Assembly: GCA_044892505.1 (NCBI GenBank)
Contig: CM097882.1
Coordinates: 60,574,001-60,638,000 of the forward strand
DNA: 64,000 nucleotides
Direction: 5' to 3'
Source of the DNA: Schmidtea nova
Lineage: Eukaryota
Of this stretch, positions 13,201-25,698 are shown in pieces. Position 1 is the stretch's first letter. Each line of letters starts with the position of its first letter. The position numbers were made by a program, and so were the translations under genes. Below the pieces are notes generated by a model. It did not search any database. It saw only the letters and a program-made list of their open reading frames with translations, and was not told where the DNA came from.

Positions 13201-16180
13201 AATCATCTTCTTCAGGAACATTAATTTCATTCGGCAATGATGGCACCAACGATAATGACTGTATAAGCATTGGACCGAGCCTTTCATGTTTATAAATATG
13301 GCTATTTTCGAAACTAATAGAAGGGTTTAAATATCCGGCTATTAAAGCATTATTAATTATTTGAGGTGTGATTTTATCCCATGATTTTTTAACCCAACAA
13401 GCAACTTCCTCGAACGTGGGCTTTTTAAAATTACCTCTAATATTCCGTTCAGCTCTTCGCTCGATATATTCGTTGATTTCATTTTTTAGTTGATCTTTAA
13501 ATGGTTTGTTCACACATATATCCAATGATTGAAGATAGCTAGTAGTTCCAGAGGGTATCATTATCTGATTAATATTGCGGATATTTAAATATTCTTTCAT
13601 TTTACTTGCTCTATGCGTACTCACCGAATCCCATATTAAGAGCTCCTTTTTATTGCCTCGTTTAATTATTGGCAGATTGATATCGATATATTTTTTCAAT
13701 ATTTCTACTGTACTCCAAGCCTTTTCAGAATTAACCATATAAATCCCGTTTCGCATGTTTATACTTTCATTTTTGCCTTTGTTGATAATAAAAGGTGGTA
13801 GTTTTTCGCCATTTAATCGAATTCCCAGAATGCAAGTTATCCGAAAACTTTCATATCCGGTAGAAGGAATTGTAATTGAATTGGTTCCCCGCCGTTCCAA
13901 AGTAGTTTGTGTATTTAGTCCATAATAAATTGCAGTTTCATCTACAGCTATACAAAAATTTGGGTCATAGGAAGACAAATCCATTAAGTCAACATAATTT
14001 TTAAAATTAATCGCCCTGCTTATCGTTTCAGCATCAGTTAATTTGAAAAGCGTTGTGGATCTTCTAATGCTTATTTCATGTCTCTTCATAAATCCATCCA
14101 ACCAATGACTTGAAGCACTAAAGTTTTGGATGCAACACTCTTTTGCTAATTCTACGGCATATTGAATCACATCATTTCTTTTCACAACAAGATGTGCAGA
14201 CCTTTTGTCTACGAACCAAGTAAAAATTTCATCCTCTAATTCTCCAATTACAGGCTTGCGACCTGCACCCACCCGTCGTTTTGCTTGTAAATCGAGACTT
14301 AAATTTGCGATACCGATTTCATTCTTCCACCTCCGCACCATTCTTATATCCAACCCATGCCTTTTACATACATTGCTCAAATTGCTATTTATGGCCTCTT
14401 CCAGTATAGATGTTTTATATGCATGTGTATAGGTCTTTCTTGGCATTGCTTTGGGTCCGGAAATTAAAAATTATAATATAATTTGTATTAATGATAATCT
14501 ATATTTTTAAATATTGCATAGGGCTTATATTGAGGATAGGGCTTTTATTGAAAAATTTACAAAATCAGTAGGAGGGCTACAAATACGGATAGGGCTTCAA
14601 ATAGGGGAAACACGGTATTAACTTTTTGAGGTCAAATTTTATTTTTGAAATTCAAACAGTCTAGTCGAAATTAATTGTCGAAAAAAAATTATAATTAACG
14701 GGATTGAATATTGAATGTTTTAATTTTGTTATTTTAAAGTTTAAATTAAAAATTCACTGGTTTTATAATTAAGTATGTCCAATCAAATAGTCGGCTCATT
14801 GGTGGACCTGTTACTAGGACTAGGTCTGTCAACATTGGACGGAAAATGATTAAATCGAAAAATATAATTAACAACAATGCACAGAAAATATGACAAGCCC
14901 TAACCCTAACCCACTTAATATTTTTAAAATTATTGTCTATTGAACTATTTAAAACTTTATTTATCTATTTTTGAGAATATTTCATTATTATATTTGAATT
15001 AGTTTGATAGTGTTTGTTATTATAATAATGTATTTTGCAAATCGAATATTTTTTTTCATTATTCTTAAAGAATTTTTATATTAAAACCTAACTAGTTTTG
15101 TATTGAAAAATTAATAATGAAAAATTATTTTTATAATAATAATTAATTTCCATTTCACTTTAAATTCAAATAGTCTAGTCGAAATTAATTATCCTTAAGT
15201 AATAAATGTATAACTGTGAAAATATTTTAGAATTAAATTATAACTAATTATAAATAAATAAATTATTTTTGTAATTATATTTTAATCCTATTTTAGTAGT
15301 TAAATAAATGTATAACTGTGAAAATATTTTAGAATTAAATTATAACTAATTATAAATAAATAAATTATTTTTGTAATTATATTTTAATCCTATTTTAGTA
15401 GTTCTTAATTTGAATATGGTATTTGATCTGTAAAATATTTATGATTCCAATGCGGCTCTGGGATTTAAAACACTGAAATATATTTTAATTTTCGTACATA
15501 AAGAAAATATTATAATTTCTCTAAAATGACTTAAACTTTTAAAATTTGTCTTTGAGTGAAATGATCTTTATGACTTATATCTACTCGAGGGTCTCTCAAA
15601 TGAGATTTCTGTGCGCTTTATGACATTGTGGTATGGTTATTGATATATCATACATGGATTGGAATTGCATACATTCACTATAGTAGACAATAATAGAGTG
15701 ACGACACCATTTAGTTTATACTTTACTGAAATTTCTCTATTTCTGCGAAAAAAAGATTTTAAAAAATTATACAAAACTTACTTTAACATTGTTTCTAAGA
15801 TAGCTCATGAATAATTCTACAACAATGACTATAAATGTTTGGGAGAATGGAGTGATTTATGATTTACTAATTCATCAGGAAGTCAATAGAGTAATATTAG
15901 GTTCATTAAGTTTGCATTGTCGTTGGCAATGAAATATTATTAGTTTTACAAAAAGTTCCTCTTTCAGTTCCTATACAGCTCCTTTTAGTAGTCTTACAAA
16001 AATTAGATTGAAGTTGGTAAGAAATATAATCATTGAAAAGCCGATGAATGGTTTTAAATAGGTAAAAGATAGATTCGCATATTTCACCTTTGAAATGTTA
16101 GAGAAACAAAACAATAAACAAGGTTTTGCATTTGAGGAAGACTTTTTGTGAGGGTCCAAGATGCTTGGCATTCGCGTGAA

Positions 16181-16238
<58 letters not shown>

Positions 16239-19200
16239 AACACTATTTTTAAAAATATATTTTTGCAAAATATTTTGACAACTCAACTGTCATCTTCAAT
16301 CAATAAACAAATTCAATAAAATAAAAATTGATCAAATTTATACGTTTTTTAGTGATTACATCATCGCATGTGCACAATCCAATAAAACTTTTATTAACAG
16401 TAGTAAAATTAATTAAAATATCTCAAGATGCAAGTAGACAAGCCCTGAGATAGTTTCAATGTTGCCCAGGCCGAAAAACCTTTTGGTGACCCAAACCCTC
16501 TATTTATTTTAAAATTTAAAAGAATTCACGTAAAAGATATTACGTAAGAGAGATATAAAATAACAAGAAGTAAAAATTATTTTAAAATGCCTTGCGCACT
16601 TTAGAATTGACAAATTCTTTAAAAAAATTTGAAAATCAATTTTTTGTGCATAATCACAATTTATATTTAGGATTGACAAAGACTTTAGTCGTTCCTGAGA
16701 TATTCTCGATCTGTTAAAATATTTCATTCCTTTCAAGGTACTACAGCTTCTTTATGCGCAAGCAACTGAAACAGGTAAACTCAAAAATATTCAAAAATAT
16801 TCTAATAATACCAAGCTATATCGATGATAACAGAACACACTCGAAGGTAGCTAAATATTGCTTAATAGAATAAAGTTCACCACACGCATGTGGTTATGTA
16901 ATTCTGCTTTTTCTACAGCAGCCTTTATACTAGATAAAGAGTTTGCCAAAATCTTTACTGCTTCGATTCTTGCAGACAATCTCATTGTCGATATGGAATG
17001 AAGTGAAAATTTTACAACTTTTTTCAAGATCTTTCATCTCTGTGGACTGCTGCTAAAGAAATTGTACATGTTTCCACACTGTCGACTGACCCTGTGATCT
17101 CCGCAACTAGAAAGAAATACAGTTAGAATTATGTTGTAGTAAAACTGCTGGTACACCATTGTATTGTCCTTCCATATTGGCGCCGTTATCATACGACTTT
17201 CCAATACAGAAATTAAAATCAATTTCTAATTATTTTAATAGTTCTAGAGTTCGTTCAGCGATTTCAAATACTTTCTTTGCGTAAGAGAGTCAGCAATAAT
17301 AAATCGCTCCTCAATCGAATATTTAATATCGCCAAACCAGTTTAAATACCGCATAACTCGACTGGTTTGTCCTTCATGTGAACAATAGGCTGTTGTGTTA
17401 ACGATTATGGAAAGATATTTAGAATTCTTAATCTCTTCAAGAATATTGTTATGGACAAAGGATCCACAAATTTCAATAAATTCATTCTGAATAACTGAGG
17501 ATAGAAAATGAACTTGTAAATGCTTTCTATTTCTTGTGATTTGCGAATTTTCGTGACATAATTGTATAATATAGGGTCGTATACAGTAGCGTAACTATGG
17601 GCCCGCAGGGCCCGCAACTGCGGGGGGGGGGGCAGGTAAAAGGGGCCCATTTTCAAACCTGAAAAAGAAAGGAATATCTTTACAAAATTGCCGTGGGCAG
17701 GGATACGATGGTGCCAGTGTAATGTCAGGTGTTTATGGAGGTGTTCAAAAACGTATTAGTGATGAACAACCAGCTGCGATATATATTCACTGCGCTGCAC
17801 ATAACCTTAATCTCGTTGTAAACGATGCTGTTAATGGAGTTCCGGAAGTTGCTAATTTTTTCACTGTTCTACAAGATGTATATTAATTTTTCGGGCTTAG
17901 CATTAACAGATGGGATATGCTTAGCAGTGTAACTGGAGAATCAACAGTGACATTAAAGAAACTTTACCCGACTCGATGAGCTGGACGAGCACAAAGTTTG
18001 CATGGTATGAAAATTAACTATTTTAATACCTTGAAGCTATTGACGACAATTAATCTAACATCGCGCAAAAAAGAAGAAAAGGATGAATCTTTAAGACTTA
18101 GGAAATCCATCGAACATTTTGAATTTGTTTTCATGCTCTTTATGTTTTCTAAAATACTTGGAGCAATAGACGTAGCCTCTAAATATCTACAAAACAAGAA
18201 CACAGATTTGTTTATTGCAACACAACATCTTGAAAGTGCATTGGAGACGACTACAAATTACAGACTGAATTTCGACGAAGCTAAAAAAGAAGCAGTTGCA
18301 GTTGCTTGCAAGTGGGGTGTTGAAGTAAAATATAAAGACAAAAGAGTTAGAAAAGTAAAGAAACATTTTGGTGAGTTAACCGATGATCAGAGATTGACTG
18401 ACCCAGAAAACACATTTCGAGTTAATATTTTTAACCGTGTGTTAGATATTGTGAACTCACAATTTAAAACTAGATTCCAAGGAATGCATGACATTGTAAG
18501 CATTTTTTCGGTACTTTTTCCGGCAACTCTTCTCGCAGAGGATGATAACAACATTGTCAAAGCTGCTAAGTCATTTCAGGAAAAATATCCCGGCGATTTC
18601 TCACCAGAATTTCCGCTTCAGTTGTTGTCTTTCAGAATGTCAATGAACAACGAAATAAAAAAAATTACAACAGTTAAGCAACTGGCAGACTTACTAATTG
18701 TGCATTACACCTCTATTTCATCTTCATATCTGGACGTGGTAACTGCTTTAATTATGTTTTTGACATTGCCAGTCACAGTGGCTACAGCAGAAAGGTCATT
18801 TTCGAAACTTAAGTTCATCAAAAATTATCTCCGCAATTCGATGGGTCAAGAACGCCTTAGTGGCTTAGCCTTGTTGAGCATTGAAGCCTCGCGGGCAAAA
18901 GTTATGGATGTTGACCAGCTCATTGACCGATTTGCAGAGATAAAGAGTCGTCGCAAGGACTTGTCTTAGAATACTTATCTGTACTGTACTAAATACAAAA
19001 CTGTTCTTGATTTATGATTTCGTAACATTGAATAAAACAATATTCAGTAACATTTCATTTATAACATTTAATCAATTTTAATGCAAATCGAAAACAATTT
19101 TTAGTTGTGGCATAAGATTACAAATTAATAATAAAATAAAATATCATAAATTAAAATCATTAAAATGTTTGCCTCAAAAGTGAGTCGATAATTTGAAACA

Positions 19201-22200
19201 TAAAATTGTCTATCAGATTGTCATTGGCTGTATGGAGGGGGGCCCATTTTGAAAATCTTGCAGGGGCCCCAGAATATGAAGTTACGCCACTGGTCGTATA
19301 TACTAAGTAATTCTACGATTCCCAGAAAATCTCTATTGTGAGCATCTCCAATACGTTTGCTTGAACTAGAAATGTTAAACCTTGCCCATTTAAAAAATAT
19401 ATCACTTCGAAAATTCGTGAAGAATTTGTTCCCAATTGCCGGCTTCATTGATTATATGTTTCAAGACTAAAGACCTTAATGTTGTTTTTGACGATGCATT
19501 ATTAATTTGCAAATGAACATAATTCTCCTTTCATGACTCGGTATGCGCTCTTTCAATTTTCTCCAACATCTTTGAATATTCCAACTTGCTGGACTACCGA
19601 GAGCAGATACACACAATTTAGCCTTATTAAGAAAACATTGTGCACAAAATAAAGACAGTCTTTGCTTGCTTCAACACAAAAAGTCTCTTTAACATGACTC
19701 ACCATTAGGTAAGAGGCTTTTGAGAAAACGATACGGAAACTTAATATTTTCTACATCTGACGAGATATCGAAATTTGAAATTTTAAGCAAAGGTTCCATT
19801 TGCTTTGTATTATGTTTATTAAGATGTGCGATGTCATCGATTGGACTAGTAGTCGCATTTTCTACATTTTATTTGATAAATTAAGATGATCATACGGGCT
19901 ATCTATACCAACTGTTCCATCATCTGTTTGTGATACCGTTGGAATATTATCCAGTTCATCCACATTTGTAAGCTCCATATTTGAAGCTGATATAGTATTC
20001 ACAGATGCAGTTTCTGAAGAACTAATTGGAATCAAAATGTTGTCAACAATTTCATTATTATCAGGTACTGATTCTTTTTCTTTTACTTTGCGAAAAAAAG
20101 ATGAAGTCGGCGTCGATTTCACTCTAATTCTGCTTTCTTTTGCCTTTTTTCCACCCGCTTTCATAAGTTCTTTTCATTTTATTAATAAAAAGGGACAAAA
20201 ATGTCAAAATATTTTAAACTAATATAGGAAAACGATCTATTTTAAACAATTAACTTATTTAAAATCTATAAATAGAAGAATTATAAAAAAACTAAGAACT
20301 TCTATAAATATAAAAAAGATTAGAAATAAATGAAATATAGAAAATGGAGATTTCTTGGTAGCAGCATTAATTAAATATTAAATAATTAATAAATAACAAA
20401 ATAACCTTTAATGCCAAATATTTTATTAGGTGAATCTTTTAATAAAAAGTTTTGTAGCAAAGGCTTATTTTGTTATTTATTAATTATTTAATAAATTAAA
20501 TATAAAAATATTAATATAAGGAAAATATTATGCAAAATTACAAAAGATATATTAAAACTAGAATAATTAGAATTTTTAAATTGGAACACGAATAAAAAAA
20601 GTATTTTTTATCTATATTATATATATAAATGAAAAAGAAATCAGAGGTGAACAAACTANNNNNNNNNNNNNNNNNNNNNNNNNNNNNNNNNNNNNNNNNN
20701 NNNNNNNNNNNNNNNNNNNNNNNNNNNNNNNNNNNNNNNNNNNNNNNNNNNNNNNNNNNNNNNNNNNNNNNNNNNNNNNNNNNNNNNNNNNNNNNNNNNN
20801 NNNNNNNNNNNNNNNNNNNNNNNNNNNNNNNNNNNNNNNNNNNNNNNNTAATTTAATACATTTGGAAAAATATATAAACGAATCATGTTAAAACAAAAGG
20901 CTAGAATATTGGAAACTAAACAAATAGTATATTGTTAACTTATTATAATTTACAATTATTGTCAGATATCAAAAGGCATTGTATGGGTATTAGGAATTAT
21001 TTAACACTTATTATTTAATTACATTCACGTTGTCGTTATTCTGAATTTATGTTTTGACAATATTATAACCATTTATTTTATGATAATNNNNNNNNNNNNN
21101 NNNNNNNNNNNNNNNNNNNNNNNNNNNNNNNNNNNNNNNNNNNNNNNNNNNNNNNNNNNNNNNNNNNNNNNNNNNNNNNNNNNNNNNNNNNNNNNNNNNN
21201 NNNNNNNNNNNNNNNNNNNNNNNNNNNNNNNNNNNNNNNNNNNNNNNNNNNNNNNNNNNNNNNNNNNNNNNNNNNNNNNNNNNNNNNNNNNNNNNNNNNN
21301 NNNNNNNNNNNNNNNNNNNNNNNNNNNNNNNNNNNNNNNNNNNNNNNNNNNNNNNNNNNNNNNNNNNNNNNNNNNNNNNNNNNNNNNNNNNNNNNNNNNN
21401 NNNNNNNNNNNNNNNNNNNNNNNNTTTATTAAATGAAATATTCGATCTTAAAAAGATCCTCCAATACGAAATTCTTTCCAATTGACTTCCCACTTCTTTC
21501 TGGATATTTTCTTTCTCCTGAATTCTAATTTAATGTTGATTATTAAAACAAATGAAAATTTCTTCTTGAGATATATTAAATAAAATTAAAATTTCTCAAA
21601 AATTATTTGATAATTTAAATTTTTTTATTTATTAATTTTTAGTAATTAGAGTGTTCTTTTTTTAAAAAATTTAAAAAATCACATAAATAGTGAAAGTCTT
21701 CTAATTATAAAAATAAGAACATTTTTAAATAAAAACATTTTAAAAAATTAAAAAAAACTACTTCACTAAACCAAATAAAAATAACTCTTTCATTAAAAAG
21801 CTCTTTTACTGAATGGTCCTTCGTTTCCCAATTCTTTCTGACAAATTGAGGAAAGTTTGGTGATGATACGATTTCAAGAAACAGATAAAAAAGATGATTT
21901 GGATTATTTACTATATATTAATTCAAAAATAAAAATGAAGTTAAAAATTAACAATAGCATAAATTTAAATAATAAAGAGTAAATTGCATAAATATATTTC
22001 TTCACAATGCATTTCGACAGATTATCATAAACTGTCATCTTCAAGTTTCCGAGTTTAAAGGTGTAAGTTTACAATATGCAATGATTATGAATTCGCGTGG
22101 GTCAAATAAATAATATCAAACAAATAAAATATGTACAAAAATTAAAAATAGAAGTTATAATAACCTGATAAGATATATGAATTATTACAAATTTATTATA

Positions 22201-23364
22201 TTTCCTTATATTCCTTTCATTTAAAAAGCTTAATCCATTTTACATTTACAACCAATGCCGTTGTTGCATAGTTACGGACAGTTATTCCTTATTGCATAGT
22301 TACGGACACGCAGCTTCCCCATAATTTCATAAGTTATTTAATAATAATTATCCATTGGTTTGCATTTTCGTTTATAATTAGTAGTTTTTCCTGAATTTTA
22401 AAATTAAACAAATTTCTTATATTAGATTCTTCTCTTTATCTCGTAATTTTTTTTAATTTTTTCTCAATCTCTTTTCCACAATTGTTCAAATCTATTTTTC
22501 ATACCTCACAAATGAGCGAGTAAATTGGTGACATCTCTAGAAAATTCCCAGCCAGTAGTACACGGTCTTTCTAATAAGTTGCGGGGTTTAAACGGCTAAA
22601 TTATTAAACATTTCTATTTTTTATACAAAGCAGTCTTGAAAATGTTTTTTCTGACTTTTTAGGTGCTATATATTATAATTAGATTTAAAATGTAATTTTA
22701 AATAGTTATTGGCAACAGTGATTAGTGAGTAAAAANNNNNNNNNNNNNNNNNNNNNNNNNNNNNNNNNNNNNNNNNNNNNNNNNNNNNNNNNNNNNNNNN
22801 NNNNNNNNNNNNNNNNNNNNNNNNNNNNNNNNNNNNNNNNNNNNNNNNNNNNNNNNNNNNNNNNNNNNNNNNNNNNNNNNNNNNNNNNNNNNNNNNNNNN
22901 NNNNNNNNNNNNNNNNNNNNNNNNNNNTAATTGAAAATTATATCATTTTTATTAAGTGCATTTGCATTTTTGTAATAAAAAAATTTTATCAATAAATAAA
23001 ATTTCAATTTATTTTCATACTTTAAACTATCTTTCAAATGAACAATTTCTGGTCCAATTTCATGCAAACCACAATTTGAAAGAGTTAAAGAAGACAACTT
23101 GGGCAAATGAATTATCCATGACATATTAATCATAGTTCCAAAATCCACTTCAAGCTTTCGCAATTTTGTACAAGTTACCAATGCTGTTTCTTTAACATTG
23201 TCCATTTCAGTGCGCTTGATTGCTATATTAGCAATACATCTACAGTAGGAGCCGAGGTCAGAAACTTGCATTACTTTTGTGGACAATTTATGGCTTTCAC
23301 AACCTAAGTACTTTACCTGAAACATTTCTTGAATGTTTCCCATTTCAGCTTCCGTCCAAGATAC
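4273..23364 (-). CDS. ROCO-family protein (LRR / Roc GTPase / COR), multi-exon, 5' and 3' ends not defined
   Basis: GT-AG exons joined with consistent phase and no stops: 23364-23021, 12636-12438, 12382-12251, 12204-12096, 11298-11263 (least certain), 11185-11009, 10959-10794, 10749-10434, 10391-10302, 9207-9101, 9054-8976, 8921-8775, 8727-8464, 5526-5432, 5382-5235, 4390-4273. LRRs include LSSLTLSNCGLHEIGPEI, LKQLSLDGNPIREVPE and LKYLSVERTKLSSLP. Roc motifs are KLMLVGLGGAGKTS, TDGIDI, WDFAGQ and IVGTHFD. COR motifs are VPNAW, AVRFLHDLGSIQYF, INSQWLVDVMACVV, FIPCLLP, YLPPGLFNR, WQNG and ISCKKC. Confidence 0.93.
5690..6262 (+). mobile_element. Buster/Charlie-type hAT transposon, 3' fragment
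   Basis: C-terminal dimerisation motif LLQFASTYLCETGISKLVALKNKQRARLGLKDDMRIALSTIEPNF. Right end gtttgcacatcactg (6248-6262) is followed by ctcTAtag, which fits the NNNTANNN target of Buster elements. No left end found. Confidence 0.75.
6526..7221 (-). mobile_element. Non-autonomous Helitron (696 bp)
   Basis: On the minus strand it starts 5'-TC (A|TCTATAATACTAA) and ends with the hairpin CCGTC-TTTTTT-GACGG, then GTAACACA-CTAG|T, i.e. inserted between A and T. It contains a (CTGT)n tract near the 5' end, a 14-bp tandem array (attttatttaaata, about 6764-6838) and an approximately 85-bp internal duplication (about 6906-7068). Confidence 0.85.
12997..14615 (-). mobile_element. Full-length pogo-family DNA transposon
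   Basis: 24-bp terminal inverted repeats (TIRs) CCGTGTTTTTCTTATTTGAAGCCC / CCGTGTTTCCCCTATTTGAAGCCC, TA on both sides (12995-12996, 14616-14617), and a repeated subterminal motif atagggctt (about 13065, 14519, 14538, 14589). Confidence 0.93.
13166..14446 (-). CDS. Intact pogo transposase, 426 aa (N-terminal HTH, CENP-B/Tc5 HTH, DDE_1, DD35D)
   Basis: Uninterrupted ORF with AVDET, WDSVSTH and QSLDICVN; 35 residues counted between the last two Asp. ASSHWLDGFMKRH matches the CENP-B-type HTH. Confidence 0.93.
   Translation of the reverse strand: MPRKTYTHAYKTSILEEAINSNLSNVCKRHGLDIRMVRRWKNEIGIANLSLDLQAKRRVGAGRKPVIGELEDEIFTWFVDKRSAHLVVKRNDVIQYAVELAKECCIQNFSASSHWLDGFMKRHEISIRRSTTLFKLTDAETISRAINFKNYVDLMDLSSYDPNFCIAVDETAIYYGLNTQTTLERRGTNSITIPSTGYESFRITCILGIRLNGEKLPPFIINKGKNESINMRNGIYMVNSEKAWSTVEILKKYIDINLPIIKRGNKKELLIWDSVSTHRASKMKEYLNIRNINQIMIPSGTTSYLQSLDICVNKPFKDQLKNEINEYIERRAERNIRGNFKKPTFEEVACWVKKSWDKITPQIINNALIAGYLNPSISFENSHIYKHERLGPMLIQSLSLVPSLPNEINVPEEDDLVIFSDDESHE
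15201..15402. repeat. Near-perfect tandem duplication of an AT-rich unit of about 102 bp
   Basis: aataaatgtataactgtgaaaatattttagaattaaattataac... starts at 15201 and again at 15303. Confidence 0.85.
16185..16235. repeat. (TA)n microsatellite
   Basis: Direct observation. Confidence 0.95.
16439..20260 (-). mobile_element. Degenerate ZMYM1/THAP12-like hAT transposon, interrupted by a younger hAT at 17584-19292
   Basis: Minus-strand fragments include a TTF-zinc-finger-like region (LPNGESC*RDFLC...LFCAQCF), IGDAHNRDFLGIVELLSIYD|PIL continuing across the insertion, RYLNWFGDIKYSIEERF, and a C-terminal RISQERLKSLSILNI. Boundaries are approximate. Confidence 0.75.
17584..19292 (+). mobile_element. 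Internally deleted hAT transposon (ZMYM1/THAP12-like) with TIRs and 8-bp TSD
   Basis: TIRs CAGTAGCGTAACT / CAGTGGCGTAACT and a perfect TSD gtcgtata (17576-17583, 19293-19300). Transposase remnant GYDGASVMSG...IHCAAHNLNL...TLPVTVATAERSFSKLKFIKNYLRNSMGQERLSGLALLSIE, with the N-terminal half missing and two in-frame stops before 17998. Confidence 0.93.
20380..20489. repeat. Short degenerate copy of the palindromic MITE at 43377-43555
   Basis: Shares aataacaaaataa(c/g)cttt...ttttattaggtga and gcaaaggcttattttgtta with the 43.4-kb element. Confidence 0.65.
21433..21525. repeat. Partial copy of the fold-back repeat at 44202-44355
   Basis: Shares cttaaaa..atcc...ccaat...aaattctttccaattgactt..cacttctttctg.a.attttc.ttctc.tgaattc. 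Confidence 0.7.
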
Positions 23365-23526
23365 CTAAATTTATTAAAGTTTTAACCGACAATATTTGGA
23401 TATCATAAAAATAAAATAACTGAATTTTCGAAAAATTCTTTTAAGTGTTTTTTTCAAAATTTTATAATAATTTTAATTAAAATATATTTATAAGAAATTA
23501 AATCTTTTTCAAATTTTCAAATAATA

Positions 23527-24449
23527 TGTGGTGTGTCCAATAGGTAGTAAATAAATATTTGATTTATGTCAAAATTGCTGCTTATACATTAATGTATATA
23601 GATTTACAAATTTAAGTGTGTTTTACTTGATAACTTTTGGTTAACAGAATTCAGGTGTAAATTTGAAGAAGTCTCTAGAAAGTTTACAGTATCATAGCAT
23701 CGCCGTTTTAAAATCTACAAAAAGAATTTGAAGACTTTTAATCTTTTTGGAGACCGTTTCTTGGACAACCTAATAACCATGAATTAAACTTTGATAACAC
23801 TTTATGTCTGAGAGTCAAAGCGAGAATCCTAAGAATAGAAATTTTGAGGAGAGTCTAGTTCAAGGAAAATGATGTCATTAACCAGTAACCGAAAACCATT
23901 GATGCTCTCTGTCTTGTGTGGTGCAAATGGCATTATCTTATCTGATTTTACTAAGAACAGTGTTAGGGTTGATAGTGCCAAATACTCGAACGTTGTGCAA
24001 AGTAATAAAAGTTCAGTAGATATAGTCTGATTTCTAAATTCTATAATTTGCACGATAATATTCCCATTCACACCAGTGTAGTTTTGACATCGAAAATTGA
24101 AAGTTATGGGCTGGAAGTGTTCTGAAATCTTTCCTACAGTCCTGATTTAGCCACATATGAGTTTTATATGTCCAATAACCTTAATAAAAGCTTAAGAGAC
24201 CAGAACTTTGTTTCCAAAGTAAATTTAAGAAATGAAGCAATTGAACCTTTCACCAAAAAGTTTCCTGATTCTTTTAAAATCCCCTTCATGTACTCGGCTT
24301 TCAACTGGAAAAAAATTGTCGATGTAAAAGGAGATCATTTAAAGAAATAAAACATATGTTACTTGATTGTTGTGAAAACCTAAATTCACTGTATTTCATC
24401 ATTCCTTTCTAATGTTATTAAAACCTCACTGCTTATAAGGCGCACCACG
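23527..24449 (+). mobile_element. Degenerate, internally deleted mariner element in a ROCO intron
   Basis: Fragments FLDNLITMN, LMLSVLCGANGII, LHDNIPIH, YSPDLATYEF and WKKIVDVKGDH match the mariner motifs TGDEKW / LHDNARPH / YSPDLAPSD. Diverged TIRs gtggtgtgtccaatagg / gtggtgcgccttataag. Confidence 0.8.
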
Positions 24450-24952
24450 AATGGGAAAATGGGTAATATAATTTCTGAAAGAATGTCTGAAATTTAGTAC
24501 TTTGAATCTTTGGTTGAATTCATGCCCATAGAATTAATAAATACATTCAAATATGTTTCATAATTTTTTATATACATTTTTATAAATTTTATTCAATGTT
24601 TTATATTTGACATGAATTTAACATGAGCCACCTGAAAAAGTAGCATTAAATATTCAGGTTAAATATAAAACCTAGATCTAAAAACTTTTGTTGAAAAAGA
24701 TTTGAAGATTAAGAATATATAAAGTTAAATCAGTGGAGAACAATGGAATGATAAAGGGAAGCATATGCTCCCGACACCAAACACAAGGGTGCTAAAACGA
24801 GAAAATAATAATTTTTTTTCTCAAAGAATAACTTTTTTTAAAAAGAATTATAATTAAAGTGAACATTTAAGTCTCTCTGAACTTCAGTGTTTAGTTGTAG
24901 ATTATTAAAAAAAGACATGCAAAAATAAATTTGTTTATGCACACCGGGTAAC

Positions 24953-25698
24953 GCCAGCTTGTGGAAGTCTAGATGCACAACCAACGATACTATCTGTATC
25001 ATTGTTATTATCCTTTTAGCAATTAGCATTCGTCTCCTAGGGCTTTAAAAACAATTATATTTAATTAAAATTTTTCATTCTAGTAAAACTAAACTTTGTA
25101 TTTTATAAGATGAATATGTCTAAATAGAAGAGGCACGTTTTTCAAAAACATTGTTTATAATGAAATCATTTATTTGCGGTTACCAAGGCCAGTGATAAAG
25201 GTGGTACGATAAGCATAACGCACGACTCTACGGAGTTGAACTAACTCACGAAAATTAATATTTGTCACTATTTTTACTTTCATTTTTTAAAATAATGTTT
25301 ATTATTATAAATGTTGAGAGATAAAAAATTGTTTTTATTATTTTTAATATTAAACTCACTATTCTAAATTAAAAATTGCCTATATTTTTATATATAATCT
25401 ATACAAGTCTTACTTTTGAAAGTTCCTCATTCAATGCCGAAGCTATTGGAGCTAACTGTCGCTTGTTCAATGAATTTTTATTACTTTTCTTATTAACTTT
25501 GTTAGAAGATAAAATGTTTTTCCCATTTTTATCAACGAACATGATATTATTACTGTAGACCTCAATTTTGGCAACAATATCAAACAAAATAATATCTCTG
25601 TAAGCTTTGCTAATACTTATAATGGCGTCTCTGAGAAAACTTTTGTTAATTTCTGGATCAATCTCTGGAAAACACTGATCAATGTTTTGATAAATTGC
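24953..25698 (-). CDS. Probable upstream exons of the ROCO gene (25698-25414; 25012 to about 24953)
   Basis: 95-codon open exon AIYQNIDQCFPEIDPE...ALNEELSK bounded by AG and GTAAGA, phase 0-0. It is followed by a short exon DNNNDTDSIVGCASRLPQAG whose donor is uncertain. Linkage to ROCO is inferred from strand, position and phase only. Confidence 0.55.
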
